A stretch of 64,000 nucleotides of DNA from Eledone cirrhosa (lineage: Eukaryota): NCBI GenBank assembly GCA_964016885.1, contig OZ024761.1, forward strand, positions 16,120,001 through 16,184,000, written 5' to 3'. The notes beneath the pieces were generated by a model that saw nothing but the letters and a program-made list of their open reading frames with translations, searched no databases and had not been told where the DNA came from. Below, piece after piece: positions 1-12,084 of the stretch. Each line of letters opens with the position of its first letter. The stretch's first letter is position 1. The position numbers and the translations under genes are program-made.

Positions 1-277
1 TGACTCATTGTTCTTCTTATCTGTGCTTCCTCTTCTTCCTGGTCTTGTTTTGTTTACACCAGAAATGAAAGACAAATAGTGATGATGATGATGGTGGCAT
101 TGGTGATAGTGGTGATGATGGTGGAATTGGTGATAGTGGTGGTGGTTGTGGTGATGATGGTGGCGTTGGTGATAGTGGTGGTGGTTGTGGTGATGATGGT
201 GGTTGTGGTAATGATGGTGATGATGGTTGTGGTGATGAATGATGCCTGGAGCTAATGAAATGAGATAAAAGACTTAC

Positions 278-349
278 CATACAGGAGAAATAGAAGAAAG
301 AGTTGTTGCAAATGCCTTTGAAAAGGGTCAGGCTTTCTTGTAGTCGGTT
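278..349 (-). CDS. gnav: G-alpha v exon 7 (NRLQESLTLFKGICNNSFFYFSCM)
   Basis: tctttttcag acceptor, ATG|gtaagt donor; 72 nt; NRLxESL...ICNN motif; not in the ORF track. Confidence 0.93.
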
Positions 350-453
350 CTGAAAAAGAAGAGAAAGATAAAAATAAAATGGGCTCTTCTTCTTCTTTTA
401 CTTCTTCACCCACTTATTCCTAGGAGGGAGAATGATAAACATAGACTAGTCCC

Positions 454-822
454 ATCATCATCATTATTTAATGTCTATTTTCCATGCTAGCATGGGCTAG
501 ATGGGTTGTCCCGTTTGAGGCAAGCCAGGTCAGGTGGGACGGGAACTGATTCTGGCTTGATTTCTACAGCTGGATGCCCTTCCTAACACCAACTTCATTT
601 ACAGTGAGTGCTGGGTGCTTTTTTTTTTGCCGTGGCACCTCCACGACCACTTTGCAGTGGAATGATTTGGACCCCAGTCCCTATCATCTCATTTCTACAG
701 CTGAGTAAACTGGAACAATGTGAAATAAAGTGTCTTGCTCAAGGAAACAACACATCACCCGGTCTGAGGATTGAACTCACAACCTTTCGATTGCAAGGCC
801 AATGCTCTAACCACTAAGCCAT
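454..822 (-). mobile_element. tRNA-derived CORE-type SINE with RTE-like (GAT)n tail
   Basis: A-box (TGGCTTAGTGG) and B-box (GTTCAA) head, CORE-like CCTTGAGCAAGACAC body, shared tail; near-identical copies at 10417, 12085, 24168, 57260. Confidence 0.8.
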
Positions 823-824
823 GT

Positions 825-857
<33 letters not shown>

Positions 858-877
858 TAGGGTAACATGCTACTCAC

Positions 878-1007
878 AACATTGTGGTCTTCATAGAGGC
901 ACATGTCATAGGAACTAAGGGCCACCACAAACAACACCCCTCGGACATCATCAAAACACTGGATCCATTTTCTCCTTTCTGACCTCTGGCCACCTACATC
1001 AAACATT
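878..1007 (-). CDS. gnav: G-alpha v exon 6 ([43 protein letters not shown])
   Basis: ctctctccag acceptor, GTT|gtgagt donor; 130 nt; switch II DVGGQR. Confidence 0.96.
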
Positions 1008-1114
1008 CTGGAGAGAGAAAAATACAAGAAAGGTCACACAAAGAAGATATCATCCTTACCATCACCACCACCACCACCATCATCATCAACATCATCATCA
1101 TCATCAGCAGCAAG

Positions 1115-1278
1115 AGTGCCAGACACCATGCCTTGCAGCGTAGAGTTTTGGCCCTTTACATTCTGAGTTCAAATCCCGCCAAGGTTAACTTTGCCTTTTA
1201 TCCTTACGAGGTCGATAAAATGGAGCACCAGTAATACACTGGGGTAATTGCTAGCCTTGTGCCAAAAGTAGAAACAAT
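1115..1278 (+). mobile_element. tRNA-derived SINE with Meta-like core, 5'-truncated
   Basis: GAGTTCAAATCC B-box, GCCTTT(C/T)ATCCTTACG(G/A)GGTCGATAAAAT core, GTAGAAACAAT end; about 20 copies in window. The Meta assignment is from recall. Confidence 0.75.
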
Positions 1279-1677
1279 CATCATCATCAGCATCATCATC
1301 ATCATCATCACCATCACCATCATCAGCATCATCATTATCTATATACTGATTAACCATCACATACATTATCCACTCAATTATTCTGTCTACAATTTTGGTG
1401 GGGAAGGAAAAATGATTATATTAACCTCAGTATGTAACTGGTACTTTATTTTATCCACCCATGGCATGATTTGAACCCAGAATGTATAGAACCAGAACAA
1501 ATACAGCAAAGCATTTGTCTTTCACTCAATATTGCCAATCAATTGCCAATCAATTGCTTGGCTGTAGAAATAATGAGGCTGTAGATGACAGAAGCGAAAG
1601 TCCATGGTATGGTACGTCATGGTTCCGTAATTCCTGATGAAGTCGTAGAGGCACTGTAATGACATAAGTGTTTCTCA

Positions 1678-2515
1678 AGGCATTTTAAGCCTGGCAAAGC
1701 CCATGCCTATCCAGTTTCTTGGGCATTTTAAGCCTGGTCTCCAGTTTATTGGGCATTTTAAGCCTGGCGGAGCCCATTCCTCTCCAGTTTGTTGGGCATT
1801 TTAAGCCTGGCGGAGCCCATTCCTCTCCAGTTTCTTGGGCATTTTACGCCTGGCGGAGTCCATTCCTCTCCAGTTTGTTGGGCATTTTAAGCCTGGTGGA
1901 GCCCATTCCTCTCCAGTTTGTTGGGCATTTTACGCCTGGCGGAGCCTATTCCTCTCCAGTTTGTTGGGCATTTTAAGCCTGGCGGAGCCCATTCCTCTCC
2001 AGTTTGTTGGGCATTTTACGCCTGGCGGAGCCCATTCCTCTCCAGTTTGTTGGGCATTTTAAGCCTGGCGGAGCCCATTCCTCTCCAGTTTGTTGGGCAT
2101 TTTAAGCCTGGCGGAGCCCATTCCTCTCCAGTTTGTTGGGCATTTTAAGCCTGGCGGAGCCCATTCCTCTCCAGTTTGTTGGGCATTTTAAGCCTGGCGG
2201 AGCCCATTCCTCTCCAGTTTGTTGGGCATTTTAAGCCTGGCGGAGCCCATTCCTCTCCAGTTTGTTGGGCATTTTAAGCCTGGCGGAGCCCATTCCTCTC
2301 CAGTTTGTTGGGCATTTTAAGCCTGGCGGAGCCCATTCCTCTCCAGTTTCTTGGGCATTTTAAGCCTGGCGGAGCCCATTCCTCTCCAGTTTGTTGGGCA
2401 TTTTAAGCCTGGCGGAGCCCATTCCTCTCCAGTTTCTTGGGCATTTTAAGCCTGGCGGAGCCCATTCCTCTCCAGTTTATTGGGCATTTTATGCCTGGCG
2501 GAGCCCATCTCACTC
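1678..2515. repeat. 43-bp minisatellite, about 19 copies (gnav intron 5)
   Basis: Unit GTTGGGCATTTTAAGCCTGGCGGAGCCCATTCCTCTCCAGTTT, head to tail, no spacers. Confidence 0.97.
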
Positions 2516-2549
2516 CATGTCTGAACACAGTAGATTTCTTCCACGGAAG

Positions 2550-3278
2550 GAGATATAGAGGAAGAATCGACACCAGTACTAGACTGGTCCTTTTTTTTTT
2601 TTATCGACCGGGATAAACTGAAAGGCAAAGTTGACTTCAGCGGGATTTGAACTCAGAGAGCAGAGAAGTGGAACGGATACCACAAAGCATTCTATCTAAC
2701 ATTCTAATGACTGCCAATTCACCGCTTATAGTAAAACTACATATATACCTTTATAATAGTGAAAATATTCTGACTTTAGAAAATTTCTCAATATTTTTAT
2801 AATGGCATGTAACACATTGGTAGAAGATAGGAGTAAAAAATAATAATAATAATAATGGTTTCTTATATAGGCACAAGGCCAGTAATTTGGGGGAAAGGGG
2901 AAAGTCGATTAAATCGACCCCAGTGCATGACTGGTACTTTATTTTATCGACCTCGTAAGGATGAAAGGCAAAGTTAACCTTGGCAGGATTTGAACTCAGA
3001 CCGTAAAAGACCATAACTCTATGCTGTAAAGCATGGTGTCCGACTCTCTACTGATACTGCCAATCCACCACCCTAATAATAATAATAATAATTGTTTCTA
3101 CGTTAGGCACAAGGCCAGCAATTACCCAGTGCATTACTGGTACTTTATTTTATCGACCCCGTAAGGATGAAAGGCAAAGTCAACCTCGGCGGGATTTGAA
3201 CTCAGATCGTAAAGGGACGTAACTATGCTGGAAAGCATGGTGTCCGACACTCTACCGATACTGCCAATCCACCGCCCA
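2550..3278 (-). mobile_element. Three consecutive Meta-like SINE copies
   Basis: Reverse-complement copies at about 2550-2730, 2858-3075 and 3092-3278. Confidence 0.78.
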
Positions 3279-3327
3279 AAATAATAACAATAATAATAAA
3301 AAATAAAATCAAGAGAAGATAACTCAC

Positions 3328-3456
3328 CGAAATATCACATAGTTGATTCTAAAGCAGGTTTCTATAACTCCAGTGGTTCGTACCCGAGCACGTAACACAT
3401 CTGTGGAATTCGGGATATATTTTGAGGAACAAATGCGGTTCATATTTTCAAAATAA
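3328..3456 (-). CDS. gnav: G-alpha v exon 5 (YFENMNRIC...DVLRARVRTTGVIETCFRINYVIF-R)
   Basis: ctctttaaaag acceptor, CG|gtgagt donor; 129 nt; switch I with catalytic Arg. Confidence 0.95.
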
Positions 3457-3499
3457 CTTTTAAAGAGAAGAAAAAATAGACAAGAGTTAAATATCACTG

Positions 3500-4085
3500 A
3501 TACAACCACACCCACTACAACAACCACCAACACAACAACCACTACTAGAACAACCACCAATACAACAACCACTACAACAATCACCAACACAACAATCACT
3601 ACAACCACATCCATTACAACAACCACCAACACAACAACTACAACCACATCCACTACAACAACCACCACTACAACAACCACTACAACCACACCCACTACAA
3701 CAACCACCGCTACAACAACCACTACTAGAACATCCACTACAACAACCACCACTACAACCACCAATTCAACCACATCCACTACAACCTCAACTACCACTAC
3801 AAAAACCACCAACACAACAATCACTACAACCACATCCACTACAACAACCACCAATTCAACCACATCCACTACAACAACCACCACTTCAACCACATCCACT
3901 ACAACCACCAATTCAACCACATCCACTACAACCTCAGCCACCACTACAACCACCACTTCAACCACATCCACTACAACAACCACCAATAACACCACAACAA
4001 CCACCACAACAGCCACCACTACAACAACCACCACTACCACCACCACAACAACCACCACTACCACCACAACAACCACAACTACAGC
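3500..4085. repeat. Degenerate (ACC/ACA/ACT)n trinucleotide tract filling intron 4
   Basis: Direct inspection; source of the spurious poly-Val ORF. Confidence 0.95.
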
Positions 4086-4105
4086 AATAAGACCAATCTA
4101 CTCAC

Positions 4106-4266
4106 TAGATTGCCGAGTCATTCAGTTCATACTCATAGCCCCGTGACACTGCAATTCTAACACCTTTGTCCATCCATAGATTGTAGAGTGCTTCCCACAC
4201 ATATGGAATCATGGTTTGGCTTTCTGTCATACAAAAATTGCATGAGAGCACCGTCTGAGCATTCAG
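4106..4266 (-). CDS. gnav: G-alpha v exon 4 (LNAQTVLSC...LWMDKGVRIAVSRGYEYELNDSAI-Y)
   Basis: cttcctacag acceptor, TA|gtgagt donor; 161 nt; LWxDxGV and EYELNDSA motifs. Confidence 0.95.
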
Positions 4267-4334
4267 CTGTAGGAAGACAAAATGGAAAATAAAAAACATG
4301 AGATCAACACAACGTATACTATATTTTGTATTAA

Positions 4335-4830
4335 CTAACCCTTTAATATTTACATTGCTCTATATATACTATTAGTGGAGGCACGTGGCCTAGTGGTAAG
4401 GGTGGACTTACGATCATAATGTTGTGGGCTCAATTCCTGGGTTGCGTGTTGTGTTCTTGAGCAAAACACTTCATTTCACGTTGCTCCAGTATACTCAGCT
4501 GAAAATGAGTACCAGCAATAGTTGGAGGTTTAACCCTGTGATGGACTGGCGTCCTGTCCAGGGTGGAGTCTTGCAATCTCAGTTGCTTCACGCCATGAAA
4601 ACTGGCTTAAGACAGACTTTAGACTTTTAGATATTTACTATTATATTTTCACGGTAAAGGCTTTACCTCACGGAATTATTTCACAAAATATCAAATCTAT
4701 GATATTTTAATATTATTTATTTTGAGAACAATACCTTAATATAAGTATGAGTAGTCAGTTACAGCCATTTCAAACAGAAAGAGGTGAGAGAATTCTGGCC
4801 GGATACAGAGTTTAAATGCTAAAGGGTTAA
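4335..4830 (+). mobile_element. piggyBac-like MITE interrupted by a CORE-type SINE (about 4377-4625)
   Basis: CCCTTT...AAATGCTAAAGGG TTAA termini; internal sequence matches intact copies at 13314 and 15177. Confidence 0.75.
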
Positions 4831-4917
4831 CTAACCCTTTCATTACCATATTTCTAATGAAATACTCTGCTTACAATTTTCATACAATCTACCCTTGGAT
4901 TGGTGTTAAAAGTCTTA

Positions 4918-5126
4918 TCATATATACTCAAATATAAGCCGAGGAATATGTGACCAAAAAATCTGGTAAAAGGGTGTCAGCTTATATTTAGGGGTCAATA
5001 TTTTGATGATTTTCACCACCTTCAAATTCTATGTAAATAAGGTTTGAGTTTTTGCCCATTTCTCAGACATAAAATAGTGGGGTCAGCTGATATTCATATC
5101 AGCTTACATTGGAGTTTTTACGGTAT
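4918..5126. mobile_element. Decayed Tc1/mariner-pogo-like MITE
   Basis: Imperfect TIRs ATATACTCAAATATAAGC / GCTTACATTGGAGTTTTTACGG-TA. Confidence 0.5.
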
Positions 5127-5231
5127 TAAAAAGGTATATCATATTTTGTATAACTCTTTCAGTACCATATTTCTAATAGAAGACTTTGCCTATGATTTTC
5201 ATACAATCTACCCTTGGCTTATATATATATA

Positions 5232-5552
5232 TAATGAAAATTATTGTGTACAGTGCTCAGGTGTACTACAACTCATCAAAGGTGCATGTATAGTACATAG
5301 AATAATGTACAAATGTCAGGAAAATGAACAGTGTATGAGTCATGATATACACACAGACACACACACATACGTGTGTATCTGTAGGAAGGGGGAATATCAG
5401 GCGAATTTTGGGAAGCATGGAAGTTTTGAAGGATGCAGTGTCCCGACAGCTAACAACTGATGCAGATAGTTTGTTCCATGCTTCAGCAACTCTGAGTGTG
5501 AAAAAATGTTTCTGAAAGTCATGGGAGCTGTGCTGTTTTCTGATTTTGTAAG
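5232..5552 (-). mobile_element. CR1-like LINE 3' fragment
   Basis: Reverse complement of the 11350-11650 region, including the ...GCACTGTACACAATAATT tail. Confidence 0.8.
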
Positions 5553-5555
5553 ACT

Positions 5556-5889
5556 GACCATATTTGACGGCTTATAAGATGCACTTTTTCTTAAAAAAAA
5601 TCATCCTGCATCTTATAAGGTCAAGGGTCAGTTTGGGTTACTAGTGGAGTTCTAGTGCTGCAGTGACCCTTAAATTAAATTTTCACACTTCCTTATTTTT
5701 AAGAGTGTACTAAAATATTACAACTAGAATTAAGATGTAGAATGATAACAAAAATTATATGATGTACAAACTTTATACCCTTCATCTGACATTTGTAGTT
5801 TAAACTCATTTATTTTCCCTTTTAAATGCCTGCCCAAATTGAGGTACGTTTTATAAGCCCATGTCTCTTATAAGCCATCAAATACAGTA
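5556..5889. mobile_element. Tc1/mariner-pogo-like MITE
   Basis: TIRs CCATATTTGACGGCTTATAAGA / TCTTATAAGCCATCAAATACAG-TA. Confidence 0.6.
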
Positions 5890-6280
5890 TTTCAAAGATA
5901 TATTCATCATCATCATCATTTAATGTCCATTTTTCCATGCTGGCATGGGTTAGATCAGTTGTGCCATGAGAGCTGGCTAGGTTAGATGATCACATCTTGC
6001 TCATACAGAACTAATTTTGGCTTGGTTTCTTTGGTTGGATGCCCTTCCTAACGCCAACCACATTTACAGTGTGGGCTGGGTGCTTTTTGTCATGACACCT
6101 ACACAACCACTTAACCCTTTCATTACCATATTCCTAATAAATGATTTTAATATAATCTACCTTTGGTTTAGAGATAGAATCCTTTTTTGTTGCCAACAGA
6201 GGGAGTAACTCCCAAAATATTATCCACCCATCATTGCATATGTCCCCAGGCAGTAGAATGGCTTTAGTTATTTCACTTAC

Positions 6281-6373
6281 CCTGTTTCTGGAGTCATCCA
6301 GATTTATTCTCAACACTCCCATCCCAGCCAAAACATACTTCATAGAACTCAACAGATTGTCCAATACTGCAGG
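6281..6373 (-). CDS. gnav: G-alpha v exon 3 (PAVLDNLLSSMKYVLAGMGVLRINLDDSRNR)
   Basis: tttgcag acceptor, AGG|gtaagt donor; 93 nt, phase 0-0; helical domain. Confidence 0.93.
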
Positions 6374-6439
6374 CTGCAAAGAGTAAAGGGGAGAGAGGAC
6401 GGATGAAATCTTTGTAGGGCCTCTTATTTATGTAAAATG

Positions 6440-6602
6440 ATAGAAAATATATGACATGAGAGAGGAGAGAATATATAACATAGGGAGGGAGAGAGAAAAT
6501 ATATGACATGAGAGAGGAGAGAATATATAACATAGGGAGAGAGAGAGAAAATATATGACATGAGAGAGGAGAGAATATATGACATAGGGAGAGAGAGAGA
6601 AA
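6440..6602. repeat. Purine-rich minisatellite of about 52-54 bp, 3 copies, just upstream of the exon 3 acceptor
   Basis: AGAAAATATATGACATGAGAGAGGAGAGAATATAT... repeated. Confidence 0.9.
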
Positions 6603-7474
6603 TAAACAATGAAAGAAAAAGAGATGAAAAATGGAGAATAAATGAAGAGCAAGAAAGGAAAAAGGAAAATGAGAAAATATGATTTTAAAAAAATAACAGG
6701 CTAAACATAAAATACTGTAAAATTAACTTAAGAGGACCCTATTAGGTGTAATCATCCCACTCCTATACCTAGTTAACCTCAAGGGCAACAAAAACCTCAT
6801 CAAAAATTTACCCCAAATGTAAACCCTAAACTTCCATAATTAGCTCAAGTGCTAACAAAGTACCCACTATTTAATCTAAGGGCCATAGAGACCTCACTAC
6901 TAGTTAATCCAAGAGCTATAGAAACCCTGACATAAATTACCCCAAATGAAAACAAAAGCCTCTACAATCTAAACCAAAGGTGAACCAAGTCCAATCCAAT
7001 CCAAGGCCTCACTTCTGTTGAAGGAACACTTCCCTGGTTAACCTCCACTGTTTTGTGTTTGGTTATGGTCATGTCAGGGGTGTAGCTGTATCCCCCACGC
7101 TCAGCCAATTGTGGGCTGGTGAGGTTATTTAGCCTACAGTTGGCGTTGGTTGTCATTGACTTTCAGGAATTCATCTGCCCTTTTAACAAGGTCTGGTGAG
7201 TGAGCCGGTTTAGTTGCTGACTACTTGTCTATGAATCAGGCTGTACTGGGTTACTTGGTACCAGTAGCAGGCAGAAGCCTGACCCAACCAAACCAGGGTC
7301 TGGTAGGATAACCAATTTAGTCACCAACCACACAACCATGAAGCAGGTTGTACTGGGTTACATGGTACCAGTAGTAGCCAGAAGCCTGACCTGACACAAT
7401 GACTCTGACCCTGAACCAAGTACTCACTATTGAACCTAAGAGCAACAGAAGCCCCAACAAATGTAAATGAAGGC

Positions 7475-7705
7475 CCCCTACAACTTACCCTGAGTGCCAA
7501 CAGAAACCCTTACAACCTACCCTGAATGCCAACACAAGCTCCAATAAATGTAAACAGAAGCCCCTACAAATTACCCTGAATGTCAACAGAAACCCCTACA
7601 ACTTACCTCAATGCCAACGGAAACCCCTACAACCTACCCTGAACGCCAACAGAAGCCCTAATAAATGTAAACAAAAGCCCCTACAACTTACCCTGAATGC
7701 CAACA
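7475..7705 (-). repeat. Short tandem array duplicating the exon 2 3' end and splice donor (6 copies)
   Basis: CAAC(T/C)TACCCTGAATGCCAAC-like units at about 7481, 7513, 7567, 7599, 7630 and 7684. Confidence 0.88.
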
Positions 7706-7783
7706 ATTCATCTTTGGAGAAGCCATCGTTGTGGATTATTTTCATCTGTTTTACCAGGGTACTTTTACCACTTTCAGCAGCAC
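7692..7783 (-). CDS. gnav: G-alpha v exon 2 ([31 protein letters not shown])
   Basis: ctaccccag acceptor and AGG|gtaagt donor; 92 nt; encodes the P-loop; not in the ORF track. Confidence 0.95.
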
Positions 7784-8049
7784 CTGGGGTAGAGAAACAG
7801 GTCAGGTAAAATTAAACATTTAAAAAATATATTTCTAATGAAAGACATTACTTATGACTTTCAATTAGTAGTAGTTGTAGTGGTGGTGGTGGTAGTAGTG
7901 GCAGTGGTTGTGGTGGTGGTGTTAGCAGTAGGCAGTAGTAATAGTGGCAATTGTCCCCTTTGCACGCCATTAAATCCGGCCCAGTAGGTACCCTTTCCCA
8001 GTTGTCCTCCTTCAATATACAGGTGCATACTCAGACAGGTTTATTCCCT

Positions 8050-9640
8050 CTGCTCAGAACTTTGACCTCCTGGAAACTGTTCAGAGATGTGCAACCAAGC
8101 GAATACCCTCAGGTATCTACCATACTCTGAATGCCTTGCTTCCCTGGGCATGGATACATTGAAACTCTGACGTCTGGCAACTGACTTGGTAAACACCTAC
8201 AAAATTATTAACCATCTCGCCAACAACAACCTTGAGCACCTTATTGATTTCCATGTGTCTAACACACGTGGGCATGCCTACAAAGTCAGAAAACAGCACA
8301 GTTCCGATGACATTCGGAAACATTTTTTCACGCTCAGAGTTGCTGAAGCATGGAACAAACTACCCGCATCAGTTGTTAGCTGTCAAGACACTGCATCCTT
8401 TAAAATCTCCATGGAGCAAACTCCCTGCATCAGTTGTTAGCTGTCGAGACACTGCATCCTTTAAAACCTCCATGGAACAAACTCCCTGCATCAGTTGTTA
8501 GCTGCCGAGACACTGCCTCCTTTAAAACCTCCATGGAACAAACTCCCTGCATCAGTTGTTAGCTGTTGAGACACTGCATCCTTTAAAACCTCCATGGAAC
8601 AAACTACCTGCATCAGTTGTTAGCTGCCGAGACACTGCATCCTTTAAAACCTCCATGGAACAAACTACCTGCATCAGTTGTTAGCTGCCGAGACACTGCA
8701 TCCTTTAAAACCTCCATGGAACAAACTACCTGCATCAGTTGTTAGCTGCCGAGACACTGCATCCTTTAAAACCTCCATGGAACAAACTCCCTGCATCAGT
8801 TGTTAGCTGCCGAGACACTGCATCCTTTAAAACCTCCATGGAACAAACTACCTGCATCAGTTGTTAGCTGCCGAGACACTGCATCCTTTAAAACCTCCAT
8901 GGAACAAACTACCTGCATCAGTTGTTAGCTGCCGAGACACTGCATCCTTTAAAACCTCCATGGAACAAACTACCTGCATCAGTTGTTAGCTGCCGAGACA
9001 CTGCATCCTTTAAAACCTCCATGGAACAAACTCCCTGCATCAGTTGTTAGCTGCCGAGACACTGCATCCTTTAAAACCTCCATGGAACAAACTACCTGCA
9101 TCAGTTGTTAGCTGCCGAGACACTGCATCCTTTAAAACCTCCATGGAACAAACTACCTGCATCAGTTGTTAGCTGCCGAGACACTGCATCCTTTAAAACC
9201 TCCATGGAACAAACTACCTGCATCAGTTGTTAGCTGCCGAGACACTGCATCCTTTAAAACCTCCATGGAACAAACTACCTGCATCAGTTGTTAGCTGCCG
9301 AGACACTGCATCCTTTAAAACCTCCATGGAACAAACTACCTGCATCAGTTGTTAGCTGTCGAGACACTGCATCCTTTAAAACCTCCATGGAACAAACTCC
9401 CTGCATCAGTTGTTAGCTGCTGAGACACTCATCCTTTAAAACCTCCATGCTTCCTGAGATTCACCAACACTACACCTGATATCTCCCCCTCTATACACAC
9501 GCACACATGTATCTGTGTGTATATCATGACTCATACACTGTTCATCTTCCTGATATTTGTACATTTTTCTATGTACTATACATGCACCTTTGATGAATTG
9601 TAGTGCACCTGAGCACTGTACACAATAATTTCATGATATT
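8050..9640 (+). mobile_element. CR1-like LINE 3' fragment with an internal 61-bp tandem amplification
   Basis: LETVQR.ATKRIP, TRGHAYK and FFTLRVAEAWNKLP motifs; same tail as the 11050 copy. Confidence 0.85.
8349..9449. repeat. 61-bp minisatellite, about 18 copies, derived from the CR1-like ORF end
   Basis: Unit CATGGAACAAACTACCTGCATCAGTTGTTAGCTGCCGAGACACTGCATCCTTTAAAACCTC; single copy in other family members. Confidence 0.97.
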
Positions 9641-9799
9641 CTTCATTATATTATTATCACCATGCTCACCAATCTCACCTAACTTTCAACAAATAATAAT
9701 AATAATGTCTTAACTCTGATTCATAGAAACTAAAGCATAATACAATTATGTATTGAGGTCTTTTGACTGAGAAGAAGAACAGACCAACATGACGCAGAT

Positions 9800-9891
<92 letters not shown>

Positions 9892-9976
9892 CATGTATAT
9901 ATATAGAGAGAGAGAGGACGATAGATAGATGTAAATGTGCATATGTATGCATATATATATATATATATGTGTGTGA

Positions 9977-10007
<31 letters not shown>

Positions 10008-10329
10008 CACATATACATGTGTACACACACACATATATATATACACATACATATATATGGTACAAAGAAACTGGAATAACTACTGATCCACACCCCACCA
10101 AACCACCACAGCCACCCAATGCACCATATTACCAAGTGGAACATCTAACATCTCTTCCTCACCCAACACCAAACACCAACCATTACAACCCAGCCAGGCC
10201 AAGTCACATGAATGTCTTTCTGTCTGTTTATATAAAGACAACCTTCAGTTTTCTTCCACTGTTGTCACAGTGAATAATTTGGTCAGCTGAGGAGTGAAAT
10301 ATTGGCCATGTAGTGCCAGATATTTCACC

Positions 10330-11011
10330 AATTTAGTATTTACATTACTCTCTATATACTATTATAGTTTCACGGTAAAGGCTTTACTTCACATAATTAT
10401 TCCACATAATATCGCATGAAGGCGCATGGCTTAGCGGTTAGAGCATTGGGCTTGCAATAGAAAGGTTGGAAGTTCAATTCTCGGACCGGGTGATGTGTTG
10501 TTTCCTTGAGCAAGACACTTTGTTTCACATTGCTCCAGTTTACTCAGCTGTAGAAATGAGATGATAGGGACTGGGGTCCCTATCATTCCACTGCAAAGTG
10601 GTTGTGGAGGTGCCACAGCAAAAAAGAACCCAGCCCACACTGTAAAGTGGATGTGTAGGCGCCACGGAAAAAAAGCACTCAGCATTCACTGTAAATGAGG
10701 TCGGTGTTAGGAAGGGCATCCAGCTGTAGAAATCAACTCAGAATCAGTTCCCGTGTGAGCAAGACAAGGTCAGCCAACCGGACACTGCCCACAACAGGAC
10801 AACCCATCTAACCCATGCTAGTGTGGAAGAACGGACATAAAACGGTGATGATGATGATGATGACGATGATCGAATCTATGAGATTTTAGTATTATTTATT
10901 TTGAGAACAATACCTTAACATCAATATGAGCGGCCAGTTACAGCTGGTTTGAATAGAGAGAGGTGAGAGAATTCTGGTTGGATATGGCCAGTTTCAATGC
11001 TAAAGGGTTAA
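10330..11011 (+). mobile_element. piggyBac-like MITE interrupted by a CORE-type SINE (about 10417-10870)
   Basis: MITE sequence stops at CACATAATATCG, resumes at CGAATCTATG and ends TGCTAAAGGG TTAA. Confidence 0.78.
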
Positions 11012-11049
11012 CCTTTTTTCATACCCAACTACCTGAAACTAGGTGTGTT

Positions 11050-11655
11050 GTATCATGTACATGGCTATGGTGCGGCCACACTTAGAATTTGCATCACCAG
11101 TCTGGAACCCCTATCTTGCTCAGAACATTGACCGCCTGGAAACTGTTCAGAGACGTGCAACCAAGCGAATACCCTCCATCAGGCATCTACCATACTCTGA
11201 GCGCCTTGCTTCCCTGGGCATGGATACATTGAAGCTCTGACGCCTGGCAACTGACTTGGTAAACACCCACAAAATTGTTAACCATCTTGCCAACAACAAC
11301 CCTGAGTACCTTTTTGATTTCCATGTGTCTAACACACGTGGGCATGCCCACAAAGTCAGAAAACAGCACAGCTCCCATGACTTTTTTCACGCTCAGAGTT
11401 GCTGAAGCATGGAACAAACTACCTGCATCAGTTGTTAGCTGTCGAGACACTGCATCCTTTAAGGCCTCCATGCTTCCCGAGATTCGCCAACACTACACCT
11501 AATGTTCCCCCTCCATACACATACACACATGTATATCATGACTCATACACTATTCACTTCCCTGACGTTTGTATATTATTCTATGTCCTATACATACACC
11601 TTTGACGAGTTGTAGTGCACCTGGGCGCTTTACACAATAATTTCATTATTATTTA
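11050..11655 (+). mobile_element. CR1-like LINE 3' fragment (pseudogenised ORF2 C-terminus and tail)
   Basis: MVRPHLEFASPVWNPYL...LETVQRRATKRIP...YSERLASLG, in-frame stop, (ATT)n tail. Confidence 0.88.
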
Positions 11656-11940
11656 TAACCACTAAACATGGCTTAGTGGTTATAATGTTGGGTTTTCAAT
11701 TGAGAGGTTGTGAGTTCGATTCTCAGACCGGGTGATGCATAGAATATATATATATATATTTGTTTTGCGAGGTTTTTGATATGAAATCGTGTGTCGAAAC
11801 AAATATTGTTATACTTGGGGAGGGTCATATTGTTGTAATAATATTGCCAAAATTAATAACAGAACACACTCACTGTTTGGCTGGTGTTCTGTTATTAATT
11901 CTGGCAATATTATTACAACAATATGACCCTCCCCAAGTAT

Positions 11941-11982
<42 letters not shown>

Positions 11983-12084
11983 GTCTAACCCATGCTAGCG
12001 TGGAAGATGGACGTTAAACGATGATGATGATGATGATGATGATATACACACATAGATATATATACACATATATATATATATGTA

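Noticed and set aside
1-277. gnav exon 8 (NKxD motif)
   Set aside because: Not found; the region is intronic trinucleotide repeat, so the remaining exons lie outside the window.
1632-1665. CTGATGA hammerhead core
   Set aside because: No downstream GAAA or closing stem I found.
1678-2515. CRISPR-like array
   Set aside because: Units are contiguous with no unique spacers, there are no cas genes, and the context is a spliced eukaryotic gene. The same applies to the 61-, 48-, 31-, 80- and 114-bp arrays.
3457-4076. Poly-Val part of the 250-aa ORF
   Set aside because: Intronic trinucleotide repeat read in frame with exon 5; the real acceptor is at 3457.
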